Assembly (NCBI RefSeq): GCF_036321535.1
Contig: NC_087469.1
Span: 8,618,001-8,682,000 of the forward strand
Direction of reading: 5' to 3'
DNA: 64,000 bases
Source: Camelus dromedarius
Lineage: Eukaryota
Every line of letters starts with the position of its first letter. Positions within the stretch are counted from its first letter, which is position 1. A program made the translations under genes and the position numbers. Shown piece after piece: positions 1 through 12,045 of the stretch. The notes beneath the pieces are model-generated. The model was not told the origin of the DNA, searched no databases, and worked only from the letters and a program-made list of their open reading frames with translations.

Positions 1-674
1 TGGTGTACCCATTATGGAAAACAGTATGGAGGTTTCTCAAAAGACTCAGAATAGACTTACCATATGATCCAGCAATCCCACTCCTGGGCCTATATCTGGA
101 GGGAACTCTAATTTGAAAAGACACGTGCACTGCAATGTTCATAGCAGTACCATTTACAATAGCCAAGACATGGAAACAACCTAAATGTCTATTGACAGAT
201 GACTGGAAAAAAAGTTGTGGTGTATATATAGAGTGGAATACTATCCAGCCCTAAAAAAGAATAAAATAATGTAATTTTCAGCAACATGGATGGACCTGGA
301 GATCATCATTCTAAGTGAACTAAGCCAGAAAGAGAAATGATATCACTTATATGTGGGATCTTAAAAAATGACACAAATGAACTTATTTACAAAACAGAAA
401 CAGACTCACAGACATAGAAAACAAACTTACAGTTACCAGAGGGTAAATGAGGTGGGAAAGGATACATTGGGAGTTTGAAATTTGCAGATCCCAACTAATG
501 TATATAAAATAGATAAACAACAAGTTTCTACAGTGTAGCACAGGGAACTACATTCAATATCTTGTAGTAACCTGTAGTGAAAAAGAATCTGGAAAGGAAT
601 ATGTGTATGTACATTATGCTGTACACCGGAAATGGACACAACACTGTAAACTGACTATACTTCAATTTTAAAAA
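1..674 (+). mobile_element. L1 LINE 3' end (ORF2 C-terminus plus 3'UTR), young cetartiodactyl/camelid-type; begins upstream of the window
   Basis: Hallmark L1 tracts: catatgatccagcaatcccactcctggg, aacaacctaaatgtc, gcagcaacatggatggacctggagatc, gatatcacttatatgtgg, acagactcacagacatagaaaacaaactta; ends ctatacttcaattttaaaaa. Confidence 0.95.
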
Positions 675-675
675 T

Positions 676-839
676 CAGTGGTTCTCAATCTTTGCGTATT
701 AGGACAACTTTGTAAAGTTCAGAAGCCTAGGCTCCACCCTTGAAGTTTCTGAGTTTGTAGGTTGGGATAAGGTCCTGGCATCCGATTGTATAAAGCTTCT
801 CCAGGTGATCCTGCTGCATGGCGGGGGTTGAGAGGCCTG
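676..839 (+). mobile_element. MER5A-like hAT-Charlie DNA transposon fossil
   Basis: Starts cagtggttctcaa; contains ctccaggtgatcctgctgca; ends ttgagaggcctg, resembling the MER5A terminus. Confidence 0.75.
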
Positions 840-2069
840 CGCCCTCCAGCCACCCCAACTAAGATCCTGTGAATCATGGTCTCTCTAAAGCAGGCAGAGC
901 TCTTCTCTCCACACAGGGTGGTGTGCTGTAGCGTGGCGATCAGAAAGAAGAGTCTTGTGCCCTTATGATTGGGGTGAGGCCTGTGTGAACTGCAGAACAG
1001 AGAAAGGGTGGCTGGGTTCTCACCTGGGCTCTGGATAGGATGCCTGGAGGCCCGAATACCCAGGCACTGTCTCGAAAAAGGCCAGCCTGCTGCTGGGGGT
1101 GATGCTCTGTCCTGTCCTCCATCAGCAGGGCCCAGGCTCCGAGCTGGATCCCGCAGGCTCCCTGTGACGGCTCTGGTGCCGAGGCAGCTGTGCCCTCACC
1201 CAAATCCTCTGGGATCACCTGTTCCCACTTCAAACCAGGGCCAGCAAGGAAGTTGCCCTGGAGGGCAGTTGGCCTGGTGGGGGTGGGGGCCTCATTCTTG
1301 ACTTTACTAACGCCACATTGGTCAACGAGGGGTTTTCATCCTTGGGGAGGGGTCAACCTACCATTCCTGGATGTGAGGAGGGTGCCACCAGGGACCTCAG
1401 GCACTGACCTGGCTCATCCAATAGGGCCAGCCTAGCCCCGCACCATCCCATCAGCGAGCAGATGACTTCCCCGGCAGAGGACTCTCCTCACATTTATTCC
1501 ATTGCTTTCTACTCCAGCCTGTCTCATTTGACTGCCAACATTTTCATCATCCTCCAGCTTCCAGTGTCCTTTTAGCCACTGGAAATGAATTAGAGAACTA
1601 AGATACTGTGCTTATGGAGGGAGAGAACATCCATGAAGCTCGTGACACAGTGTCTGGCACACGAGCCTTGGTTAGAAATGGAAATCTCCCTGCCATCCCC
1701 TCCCAAAGCCTCTTACAACACAAGTGCAGCCTGATTGATCTCAACAATCTCTTTTCTTTCTGCACCCCAAACCCTTTTCATTGTCAGTTCCTGAGCAGGC
1801 AGGAGAGCTGCTGGAGAGAAGGGATCCAGCTGTGTCCTGAGTGTCAGGAAACAATCAGCTGCAGAGTCAACATTTTCATCAGTGCAAGTGGATAATCCAA
1901 GTGCAGATAATTGAGAACTGGGCTGAAGCCACAGCCATGGTGGCCTTCAAAGGCCAATTACCATTGATTGGGCTATTCTAGGCATCTTACACCAAGGCAA
2001 CGCACTTTCCACATGGCTTGGGCTTAATTTCAAAATTGGGCCCTTGATTTAGAGTTAAACTTCTACAAT

Positions 2070-2160
2070 ATAGAACAGCTCTAGGGTAGGGCCTGAGCAT
2101 CTATAGTTTTAAAAATCCCCACAGTGATTTTAATGCACAGCCAGGTTTGGGGAACTATGT
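2070..2160 (+). mobile_element. MER5-like fragment
   Basis: tctagggtagggcctgagcatctatagttttaaaaatccccacagtgattttaatgcacagccaggtttgggaact resembles the MER5A/B 3' half. Confidence 0.6.
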
Positions 2161-2189
2161 GGCCAGGGGAAGATTTTTTTATCTTACTC

Positions 2190-3449
2190 GTCCCATCAGA
2201 GGCATTTACCCATCTGACCACCTCTTTCTTACTGAGACTCTTAACTTGCCTTGGCTTCCATGATGCCATTTTATCCCAGGTCCCCTCTCCCTCACTGTGA
2301 CACCTGCTCAGTCCCCTTTCCTGATTCCTCTCCCTGTCCCACACCGAATGTGAGTGTGCCCCAAAGTCCTAACCCCTCTTCTCTATCTAGACTCTCTCTC
2401 TCTTGGTTTTTGCATCTACTTCCATGGCTTTAAATCCCACTCATATGCCAATGGCTTCCCAGGTCCGAATGTTACCTTGATCTTCCCAAAGTAAGAAAAG
2501 AACTGCTTCCTTTTCACCCCCACCCGGATGTCTAACAGTCATTTCAAAGTGACATGTCCCAAACAGAACCTTTAGCTCCACCCCGGCACTCCAACCTGTT
2601 TCTCCAAGTCTTCCCATTCTCCAAACAGGGCCTTCTAATCTCTCCAGATGCTAATCCAAAAATATAGGCATTACCCTTTTTCCTGTATGCCCTCATCCAG
2701 TCATCAGTAGGTCTTGTTGGCTTGCTCTCCAAATATATCCCAGATCCATCTACTTCTCTCTGAGTATATTGCCATGACCTGGTCTAAGCTTCCTTTATTT
2801 CCTACCCAGGCCCTGGGGGGTTGACTGTTCTTTCTGCTTCCATTCTTGCCCTCTTATCATCCATTCTCCACTCGGCAGCCAAAGCATTCTTTAAAAACAA
2901 AACAAAACTAAACCAAAGAAACACCTGTCATCTCTTCCAGTAGCTTGCCACAGCACTTAAAATCCAAACTCCTTCCCATGACTTAATCAAAGCCTTCTGT
3001 AATCTTGTCCCTGCCTACAAGCCCCTCAGCTATATGGCCCCCTTGTTCTTACACTCCTCCGGCCACCGTGGCTCCCTTGAGGACAAGACCGTTTCCACTT
3101 TGGGCCTTTGCACTGGCTGTTCCCTGCCCCTGGTTTTCACACAGCTGGCTCCTTCCTGTCCTTTGGGTCTGAGCTAAATGTCACCTCCCCAGACAGGCCT
3201 TTGCTTACAATCCACTTTGCAGTGGATCCAGACCCTCTCTTGCCTTACTCTGTTTCCATTCTCTGCACAGCACTGGCCACAGCCTGATATTTATTTACTC
3301 GTCCATGCTGGCTGTTTTTCGTGTTGGTTTGTTACCTGTCTCCTCTAGAACATCATTCGTTTTGTTTACCACAATATGCCGAGTACCTAGAACACAGCTT
3401 GGCATGTTGTAGGTACTCAATAAATATTTATTAAGTAAGTGAATAAATG
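2190..3449 (+). mobile_element. L2 LINE, long 3' fragment
   Basis: Pyrimidine-rich L2 body (cttggcttccatgatgcc, atttcaaagtgacatgtcccaaacagaac, aatccaaactccttcccatg); L2 tail taggtactcaataaatatttattaagtaagtgaataaatg. Confidence 0.85.
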
Positions 3450-3979
3450 GAAGATCCCACTCAGTTCTAGAGCTACATGATATATTTAGATTATTTAATA
3501 ACGAATGTAGTTTTGAATGTGGAGTAACTGGGAAGTGTTTCCTTGTTTCTCATAGGCACTGAGCTTTCTGGATGTTTTAGGTACCAAAGCTGTGCTTCTC
3601 GAAGACACGGTGAATTCTGTGAAGATAGGGGCCAGGCATCACTCATCCTCAAGTGTTTCCAGAGCTCAGGGTTGTGCTGAGCTGCACAAATATTTGTTAA
3701 GAGAGTGAATGGATGGTCTTCTCCTGGGCTAAGTAAGGAAATGGGGTGAAGAAGGGAGGAATGTGCCCTGGTGGGGTCAGGATGCTATCGCTACTTGGTT
3801 GGGCCTCTGGGTCAGCCCTGTTCTCTACCTCCTGGGCTGGCTGCCTCCAAAGCTCCTTCCTTGTACACGGTGAGAACAGAGCCAAGTCCCCAGCACCTGT
3901 CCCACCTGCGCACCGGCTCTAGGAACCTGGGGTCAACTTTAGCTCCAAGGAGCCATCTGGTGGTAGATAGAGTAAGGCC

Positions 3980-4187
3980 AGTGAGGGGTTAAGTCTGGAC
4001 CGTGAGTGCACTGTGTGACCTTGGGCAGGTCCTTCATCTCTCTGTGTCTCCATTTCTTTATTTGTAAAAAAGAATAAATCATAGTCAGAGGTGCTCACAG
4101 GATTGCTGTGATGATGACATGAGGAGATGTCTGAAAACTCTTTGTGGGGTGCCTTGCACACAGTAGTTGCTCAATAAATGTTGGCCA
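3980..4187 (+). mobile_element. MIR SINE
   Basis: ctgtgtgaccttgggcagg...catttctttatttgtaaaa core; tail cacagtagttgctcaataaatgttggc. Confidence 0.8.
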
Positions 4188-4295
4188 TTTTAATCATCAT
4201 TAAGAGTTACCATCTTAAGCTGGGACCTGGGTACCAGGATGCTCTGCTAAGACTTCCTTATCTCTCCTCACCCTTTGCAGCCACAGGCAAGTCAT

Positions 4296-4467
4296 NNNNN
4301 NNNNNNNNNNNNNNNNNNNNNNNNNNNNNNNNNNNNNNNNNNNNNNNNNNNNNNNNNNNNNNNNNNNNNNNNNNNNNNNNNNNNNNNNNNNNNNNNNNNN
4401 NNNNNNNNNNNNNNNNNNNNNNNNNNNNNNNNNNNNNNNNNNNNNNNNNNNNNNNNNNNNNNNNNNN
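4296..4467. other. N run (172 nt), assembly gap or mask
   Basis: Counted directly. Confidence 0.99.
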
Positions 4468-4934
4468 GCAGAGAGAAGGTGCTGAACAGGGTCCTAAAAT
4501 TATACAGATTACAGAACAATGAGGAGAGTCGAGAAAGTGGCTATTAAGCTCTGAGGCTGGGGCCCCAGCTCTGCCAGACTGCCAAGGTATTCAAGCCAGA
4601 CCAAAAAACTCACAGTCATTCTAATGCAAAACTCCGTGGTGAGCCCAGGAGGCGGAATGTCTTCAACAAATGTCACAGACTGGAAGGGACCATCGCAGGT
4701 TGCTGAGCCAAGGCTGCCTCTTTGGAAGAGAACTGCAACCAATGTGGCCTTTTTGCCCCTTTGAAGGATGTACTGTGCCTGTGGCTTCAAGACAGGAAGG
4801 GACTCCTGGCCAGAGTGATTGTACCTAACACCAGTTACCACATATCACCAACTCGCCATGAAAGTGTAGTGACCTAGTAAACGCCAGGCGTTCAGGATTT
4901 TTATATGAATGCATTCTCTCTTTTTCGCAGGAGT

Positions 4935-5250
4935 CAACTTTATCAAGGAATTATTTATATTCAGTAAAACTCACCCTTTTAGGGTACGGTTCTGAAAGTC
5001 TGAACATACATCGATAGTCTTGTAACCACTCCCAAAATCAAGATACAGAACATTCCTTCATCTGCCAGATTCCATCATGTCCCTTGTTGTCAGCCCTTCC
5101 CCCATCCTCAGCTCCTGGGAACCACCGATCTGTTTTCTGTCCTTGTAGTCTTGCCCTTTCTGGAATATCATATAAACGGAATTATATCGCAGGTAGCCTT
5201 TCGAGACTGGCTTCTTTCACCTAGTACAATGCATCTGAGCATAATGCATT
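4935..5250 (-). mobile_element. Old L1M (L1MB/MC-like) 3'UTR fragment
   Basis: caactttatcaagg, caagatacagaacattcc, accgatctgttttctgtcc, gaatatcatataaacggaattat, gactggcttctttcacctag. Confidence 0.8.
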
Positions 5251-5299
5251 AAGATTAATGCATGTAAAATCCACGCACTGAGAATCTTACGTGCCCATG

Positions 5300-5470
5300 T
5301 TACCTTTTCTCATCCTCAAGACGATTCTGAATTAGGTACTCTTAGTATCCCCATTATATAGATGAGGAAGTTGAAGCTTAGAAATGTTAGTTAACTTGAT
5401 TAAGGTCACACAGCTGGTAAATCAAGGAATCTAGAATTAAACTCAGATTTCTGATCTCAAAGCCCATGGA
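5300..5470 (-). mobile_element. MIR SINE
   Basis: ccccattatatagatgaggaagttgaagcttaga...aaggtcacacagctggtaa. Confidence 0.85.
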
Positions 5471-6729
5471 TTTAATATCACCGTGGCAATCCCCAGGCAT
5501 AGCAGGGTATGGCCTTTCTAAAAACCAACACGGCAAACTTGGTTCATTGTTTGAATTGATTCTACCCTCTCTTCCAGAGGCCCTTCTTGTCCCCTGAGTT
5601 CATTTCCATCTTCCTAAAATTCACTTCCTCTTGTATGTGAATTAGAGACCCACGCCTGACCCCTAGGTTACAACTTCCTATAAGAAACACCACAGTTTCC
5701 ACAGAGGCAGAAATCCGCATGACCATGGGATGCGGACTCTGGATCAAGTAAGAGCAAGTGTATTTTGAGAAGATAAGGATGAGTGCAGGGGACGAGATGG
5801 GGCATCTGGGACTTGCAGAAGAGAAGGGCAAAGCTCTCTTTATTGTAAGAATCACAGCCTGCTCTCTTTTGGACTTGGTGTCTCATTTCATTTCAGCTGC
5901 TGCTTTGTTGAGTTTGGGCTCCGTAGCCATTTACAAGTCCAGTGGGATCTGGGGGTGCAATGTGGTTTGAAACCACAAAACCATTCTCCATTTCTTTGGA
6001 GAAGTGCTGACGGGGGTGGTGGAAGGCAGCGTTGATACAGACTCGGCAATTAATACACCAACAAAGGCATTTTCCTCACGCTGGGTCCCTGATGACCTGC
6101 CGGTGGAGGGAGGGATGAGCCGGTTTCTACAGCCCACGTGACCCTTTTCTCCCCCCACCCCTCACTATCTCAACAATTATTAAGATGTGCATGAAAGTGC
6201 ATTGACCTAGTTGGAGGTTTCATAAATATAAATAAATTAAATGGTTACGCCTAAGGACGCCTGGGCAAGTGTGCGGGGAGGAAGGGAGAGAGTTGCTCAT
6301 GGTTCGATGGAGAGTGAGGGGCCCCTCAAGCCTGCCGAGTGAAACCCGGAGAGGACTAGACTGAGGGAGAGGAAAGAACCTACAGGGCCCGGCCTCAGCG
6401 CCAGGACCTTCTGTTTCTGAGACTGGCTGAGCTTGGCGCCCCGGCCAGTGGATCATGTCTGTGCTGGGATGCGGACCCCCTCAGTCCCCCTGGGTCTGGC
6501 CTGCACAGTGGGGTGGCCCCCAAAAGCCCCAACTAGTGACTTTGGCCTGCCAGCAGCCTGGTCAGTTCTTCCCAGTGATCTGGAAAGAAAGATTTTCTTT
6601 TTGTGCTTTGAAGTAAATAAGGTTGAAGGTAAAGAAGGCTGGGGAGGTGGGTGGGGGCTGGGATGGAAATTTTGATATTGATTTTTGAGGGGGACGGTAG
6701 ACTGGAAAATGTTAACAGTCCTTCACTCT

Positions 6730-6880
6730 TTCCCAAGCACTTTCGTATTATAATCTCATTTCATTCTTACAAGTTTGTACAGGAGGCAGTGATATTATTG
6801 GCACTGTCATTCCCATTTTACAGATGAGAACACTGAGGCCCAGGGGGGATGAAGTGAATGACACAGTCACCCAGTGACTA
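6730..6880 (-). mobile_element. MIR SINE
   Basis: cccattttacagatgagaacactgaggcccag. Confidence 0.85.
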
Positions 6881-8434
6881 GGGGGTTTCTGAATTCATGA
6901 TACCATAGCCTTTTTCTCTCCCCACCCTGCTCTGCAGGGGGTTGGGAGGTCTGGACAGTCTTGGGATCCTCGCCTCTCATTTCTTCCTCTTTGTTTTTAC
7001 TGCCTCTTCTGTCACCAGAACTCTCACATCTGAGTCTCCTGGCCTCTAGTCTGTCCCCTTCCAATTCCTCCTGCTCCTCTGCCAGGCAAGACTGCTCCCA
7101 CCTCAGCATCCCTCTGGCTCAAGATTCCTCTGCCCCCCTTTACCTAAGGGATGCTCTCAAAGTGCAGGCCTGCCCCTTTAGCCTCTGTGATCTGACTCGG
7201 CTCGCCCTACGTGAGTCCCGTGCCCATCGGAATCGGAATGCCTGCCCTCCTTCAAGGCTCAGCTGCAGTCCCACCTCCTTGGCTGACTTTCTGGATTATC
7301 CCAGCCCACGCTGCTCTCTCCCTTAACCCTGTCACAAGCGCCATTACTCTCTGCCTTGCATTGCTAGTCACCCCTTTCCATGTACGTGTCTGCCTGCCTC
7401 CCATTAGCCCATGAGACCTCCAGGGAGCACCTGACAGCATACCTTTGACCCCCACTGCCTTGGGACCGGTTGTAGTGTACTGTCTCCATATCTTCCTCCC
7501 CAACGTGGGAAGCAGCTGAGCCCAGAGTTCTCAGCAGTCCTTTCTAACTCCACGGTCCCGACGATTGTGGTCCAGCGCAGACAGTGGTATAAAAGACTGA
7601 TACGGCTAACATGGCTCTTCTCTACGAATTTGCATTTTAACAGGCGCAAGGCTTTCAGCCAAAGGGAAGAAGCACTGACGTTTTGGATGGTGGTGGTGGT
7701 GGGGGGTGCTTCCTAGAACCCTGCGGGGGGCCATCTCCTCAGGACCCAGGGCCAAGCCTGCTTTGTGGAGATTATTCTACTCCCCACTCCCTCCTCCCCC
7801 ACCTCCCCATGCAGCATTAAGGGATCCTCAGGGAACTAAGAAAATAGAAACACATTTAAATTCTTTTCCGCTTCTGTCCTCTTGCATTCAGATGACTGAC
7901 TCATGCCGGCCTCATCTCCCCTGTCTCTAACTTTGGGCTCTAACCCCGAGGGGCAGGAATAAGTCTTTGTTCTAGCTCCATTTTCACATCTGAAACTCAG
8001 ATGCTGGGATTCTTGGTCTGATTCGCCATCTGCCCCTACCCCCACCAGGTTAGAGTCCTACCTACCAGCCCTCAGGGGCCAGACTCCATCCCAAGGTGGG
8101 ACCTATTTGAGGAATAATCAATCCTGAAGCCGAGTAAGAAAGCAAGACATCTGTCTGCATCAGACCTATATCAAGGCATTGCAAGGGACCGGGTTTGCCC
8201 AGATCCAGAGGGCGCCCCTTGGTCACCTGGCGGAATCAGTAAGACTTGCTCAGGGAGAAACTAGACTGCTTCTGTTTCCACCTTTCAGGGTCTTCAGAGC
8301 AAAGCTCTCAGGGCCCAGGTAACTTCTGGGTTCTGAGTCAGGAAAAATCAGATGTGTGCTTCATCCTGTGTTGGTTTTGAACAGCTTTGCATGTTGATCA
8401 TTAAATTGGGACAGAGAGGATATGGCACATCCAA

Positions 8435-8602
8435 CACAGTGGCAAAGAGCATGAGCTTGGGACATGGTACTGTCTCCTCATCTGTGAAATGTTTTAACGG
8501 CAGGACTCACCCACTGAGTGGTGAGGAGGATGAGGAGAGGTTACCCAGAACGGCGCTTGGCACACGGCAGGTCTGCAGTAAATGGTAGCCCTTGTTATTA
8601 TA
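8435..8602 (+). mobile_element. MIR SINE
   Basis: tctcctcatctgtgaaatg...cttggcacacggcagg...gtaaatggtagc. Confidence 0.7.
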
Positions 8603-9139
8603 ACGTGACTTGGAGCCAGAGCAACTGTTACTGGCTAGTCATGGCTGGCCTGACTATTTGCTACCATCTCATTTCGATGATTCGATCCAGATCACCCTTG
8701 CCAATATTCTACCCCAGGATTATTCTGGGCTTCCTTTCTTCACAGTCATTCAGTGTTTCCATGTGACTCATCTCATTTTGATGCTCAGCGAAACGGAATT
8801 AGGAATTCATATTTTCTAGCCCCAGAAGTGCATTTTAAATCAAATGGAGATGATTTGGGGGGGGGCGGTTATCTGTTGTTTTAAGCGAGCAGTTTCACAG
8901 TTTCTACAAATACATCTTGTACAAGTGCATAAGTGGAGCAGCGCTGGTATTTCAGGGATGTCGCCGGGACGCTGAGGTCGCACAGCTGACTCCTAATAGC
9001 ATCCCCTGTTGATCTTCACCAAGCGGTAATGCGTCGGGTGCGGCAGCAGGACAAGACTGGTGGCAAAACGGGTGTCGTGGAGCTCAGGGAGTGTGAGTGG
9101 CCAGGCCAGGGGACCCCACTCATTCCTGGAGGCTGCGCT

Positions 9140-9368
9140 GAAATGTCACTTCCTGCCTGAAACCTTCTTGGCCAATTTACTGTCAGAATGAATCACACCT
9201 TTCCACGCTCTCCTAGCGTTTGTGTTTATACCACGAGCCTTCACTGACAGTCCTGTCGAGTACCCCGAGGGCAGGTCGGTCTCTGATTCACCCAAATGTC
9301 CTAAGCATCCAGCACCACGCCTGGAGCAGGGGAACTTCTCAGTAAGTTTGCTGAGAAAGGCATGAATG
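9140..9368 (+). mobile_element. L2 3' tail fragment
   Basis: cccgagggcagg...catccagcaccacgcctgg...ctcagtaagtttgctgagaaaggcatgaatg. Confidence 0.6.
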
Positions 9369-9439
9369 CCCTTGGTGTGACTGGCCACTTCTAGAACCTC
9401 AGAAGGCAGAGGGGAGGGACCTGAGAGCCAACTGGACCA

Positions 9440-9535
9440 AACTCCTCCTTTTACAGAAACTAGGGAGGGGAAGTGATGTCCCTAAGATCACATGATTGGT
9501 GGCAGAGCTGGGATGAGGATGCAGGTCTCTTGACT
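9440..9535 (-). mobile_element. MIR fragment
   Basis: cttttacagaaactaggg...ccctaagatcacatg...ggcagagctgggatgag. Confidence 0.65.
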
Positions 9536-10989
9536 CTGTCCTGCACCTGGCAGCTGCCTGCTCCCTGCTTCCCATCTTACCTGCTCTCCTCCACCTGTGG
9601 AAATTAGAGCATGATCTGTGCTCTGTGGAGGATGGATGTGTGGGGCCTGGGGACCCCACCTCCAAGGCACAGGAAACAACTGATCCTTCAGAGCCTTCCA
9701 TTGTGACCCCACAAGATAGCCATCTGGGTGGGGAAGGACCCCTTTGCAACACTCCAGTGGAGAGACCAACTTTTGTCCTTAACTTCCCACCCCTAGGTTT
9801 AGGGCAGCCTGCCCGTTGACATGCCCTGCTCCACGAAGTGGGGTATCGTTCCTGGTAAAGCCCACCTTGAGTTAAAGGGGCATCTCACCCTTCTTCCTTC
9901 CCCCAACTCAGTCCTGGAAGCGACACCCTCTTTTTCTAACGCTCCCTTCCCAGACACCCTATTTCCCATGCTCCAGAGACACATCCAGCTCATCTCTTTG
10001 GGGAGACCCAAGCTTGCCACGAGACATGAAATCCAAATCTGGGACCTTTTCGGGAGATCGGGTGTCCATAGCAGCACTGGATTTAACCCTGCTCTCTCCA
10101 GTTCCCCTTTCCCTACCTAAAGCACAGGATGATGCTTAAATTGTGCTGGGGAGGGGGCTGACGGCACAGGGTAGTCTGAGCTCTCCCCAGTGTTCCTCCC
10201 TGACAGCGGCAGAGGGACTCCCCCCTGATGCCTTGCTTCTTTCAGCTCCCCATTCTCTGGTCTCGCTTCTCCTCCTTTCTTGGAGGGGAAACGCTGGATA
10301 GGAGGGCCCTATATACTCAATCAAAAGAATTGAGAAAAGGTCTTCTGGAAGCCCCTTTGGGTCTAGGGAGCCAGCTAGAACCTTCCAGAGAGGCTCTCAT
10401 TACCTGCAGCCTTCCCTCTCTCCCTCTGCCCAGCCGGTCACATCTGCTCATGCTTCCAGGATGGGTTTCTAAGGGCAGGGAGGAGCCTTCAGGAGCCAGC
10501 CCTTCTACCAGCTGGGCAATACAATGTTCTCTCATCCTCTGAAGGGCATTGCTCGAGGCAGTTTCCTGTAGGAGGAACCATTTTCCAGATTCAGATTGTT
10601 TCCCAGTGTTTCAGTGATTTGCTGAAGGTGTCGGGCACCTTAGCTTTGGGGGATAAAGATTGCCCAGTGCCAAGCCCAAGTTGACCTTGTTGGAGTATAG
10701 TGATGACTACAAAGTGAAGCTCCGTGGGGCACTACCCCTCAGTATCCTGCAGTCCCATCTGGCCCTATCCTCTAGGACAGACACACAGCCAAGTTGGCCC
10801 GTCTCTGGACAAGTTCTTTGGGCAGGTGGCCACACACTGTGGTAGCCACGCAACTTTTTTCTCTTTTTTTTGGCAAGAGGTCATTCCTATTGCTGCTACC
10901 CCCGGGGTGCCTTCTGAAGCCAATACTTGTCACCATGGCCCACTCCTCTCGGTAACAGAAATAGCTGACACACGGGGCAAAGAGATAAG

Positions 10990-11135
10990 GCATTATCTCA
11001 CTTAATTCTCTCAGTCTCCCCCACTCGTGATGTAGACACTATCTCTATTTAATAGTTGAAGAAATTGGGAGTGAGAGGTTAGTAACTTGCTCAAGGTCGA
11101 CTGGTTAGAAAATGCCAGATCAACTCCGTGCTCCT
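10990..11135 (-). mobile_element. MIR SINE
   Basis: attatctcacttaattctc...gagaggttagtaacttgctcaaggtc. Confidence 0.75.
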
Positions 11136-11819
11136 TCCAACCTCCCCATCACGCTGCCCCCTCCCCCCTACTTCTCTGTGGCCCTGGGCCTTGCCTCCCA
11201 GCACCTGCTCTGCTCCTCAGCCCCACCGCAGGTTGCGGGATGCCAGTGACCGCTGTCATCCTGGTCCAGGCTGTGAGTATTGATGACATCTCCCTCTCAC
11301 TGCACCACCCCCAGGCCTCCCCAGGGAGCCTGGGACCCCAGATGGAGGAGCTGCCTGTCAGAGCTGAGTCAGACCAATGTTCTCGAGGTCTCTCTGCAGC
11401 CTGGAGCCCCGGCTGTCTTGCAGAGCCATCACGGAGATGATGAACTAAAGGAGCAGGGGGCAGATTCGGAGCAGTTACTCTTCTGGGAGTGGAAAATGAA
11501 AGGGAAGGAAAATGTGACTTTACAAAAGAAAAAGTCTCCGTTGGTTTCCAGGATTAGAGCCGTTCTGGCTCTACACACCTCCTCTCTGTCCCTTACTCCC
11601 ACCCTGACAGAGAGTCAGAGGCAGAGCAAGCCTGTACTGACAGGGGCCTTTCAGAAGGGTCCCTTCCCCGGGGGCAGTGGGAGGGCTGTGTTGAGTCTTT
11701 CTGTGCCTGCAAGAGCCCTGTGGTCCTGAAGGAGTCACTGCCCTTCTCTGCCCAGAATCCTCGGATAGCAAAGCCTGACATCCTGGGACTTGGTGACACC
11801 ATCATTCTAAACGTCACTG

Positions 11820-12045
11820 TAACTCACCAGCACCACTGACATGGCACTTCAACGCGGCAGGCGCCATTCTAAGCACGTCGGTGATTTGAATTCGCTTAAT
11901 CCTATGACCACCCTCTGGGCTAGGTTCCACTGTCACCCCCACTTCAAGGTTGAGGAGGCTGGGGTGCTAAGGTGACATAGCTAGAAGGCGGCAGATCCAG
12001 GAGGAGACCCAGGCAGCCTGGCACCAGGGTTTGTGCCCTTAACTA
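11820..12045 (-). mobile_element. MIR SINE
   Basis: cttaatcctatgaccaccctctggg...aaggtgacatagctagaaggcggcagatccagg...cccaggcagcctggcacc. Confidence 0.7.

Noticed and set aside
5244-5263. Inverted repeat ATGCATTAA-ga-TTAATGCAT
   Set aside because: 9-bp AT-rich arms at an L1 fragment edge; a few are expected by chance in 64 kb.
8202-8215. GATCCAGAGGGCGC, CTCF-like
   Set aside because: The first three core positions mismatch CCAS; too weak to call.
11232-11272. 41-nt segment with pyrimidine tract/CAG acceptor and GTGAGT donor
   Set aside because: Frame-shifting length, no recognisable peptide and no partner exons; such pseudo-exons are common.
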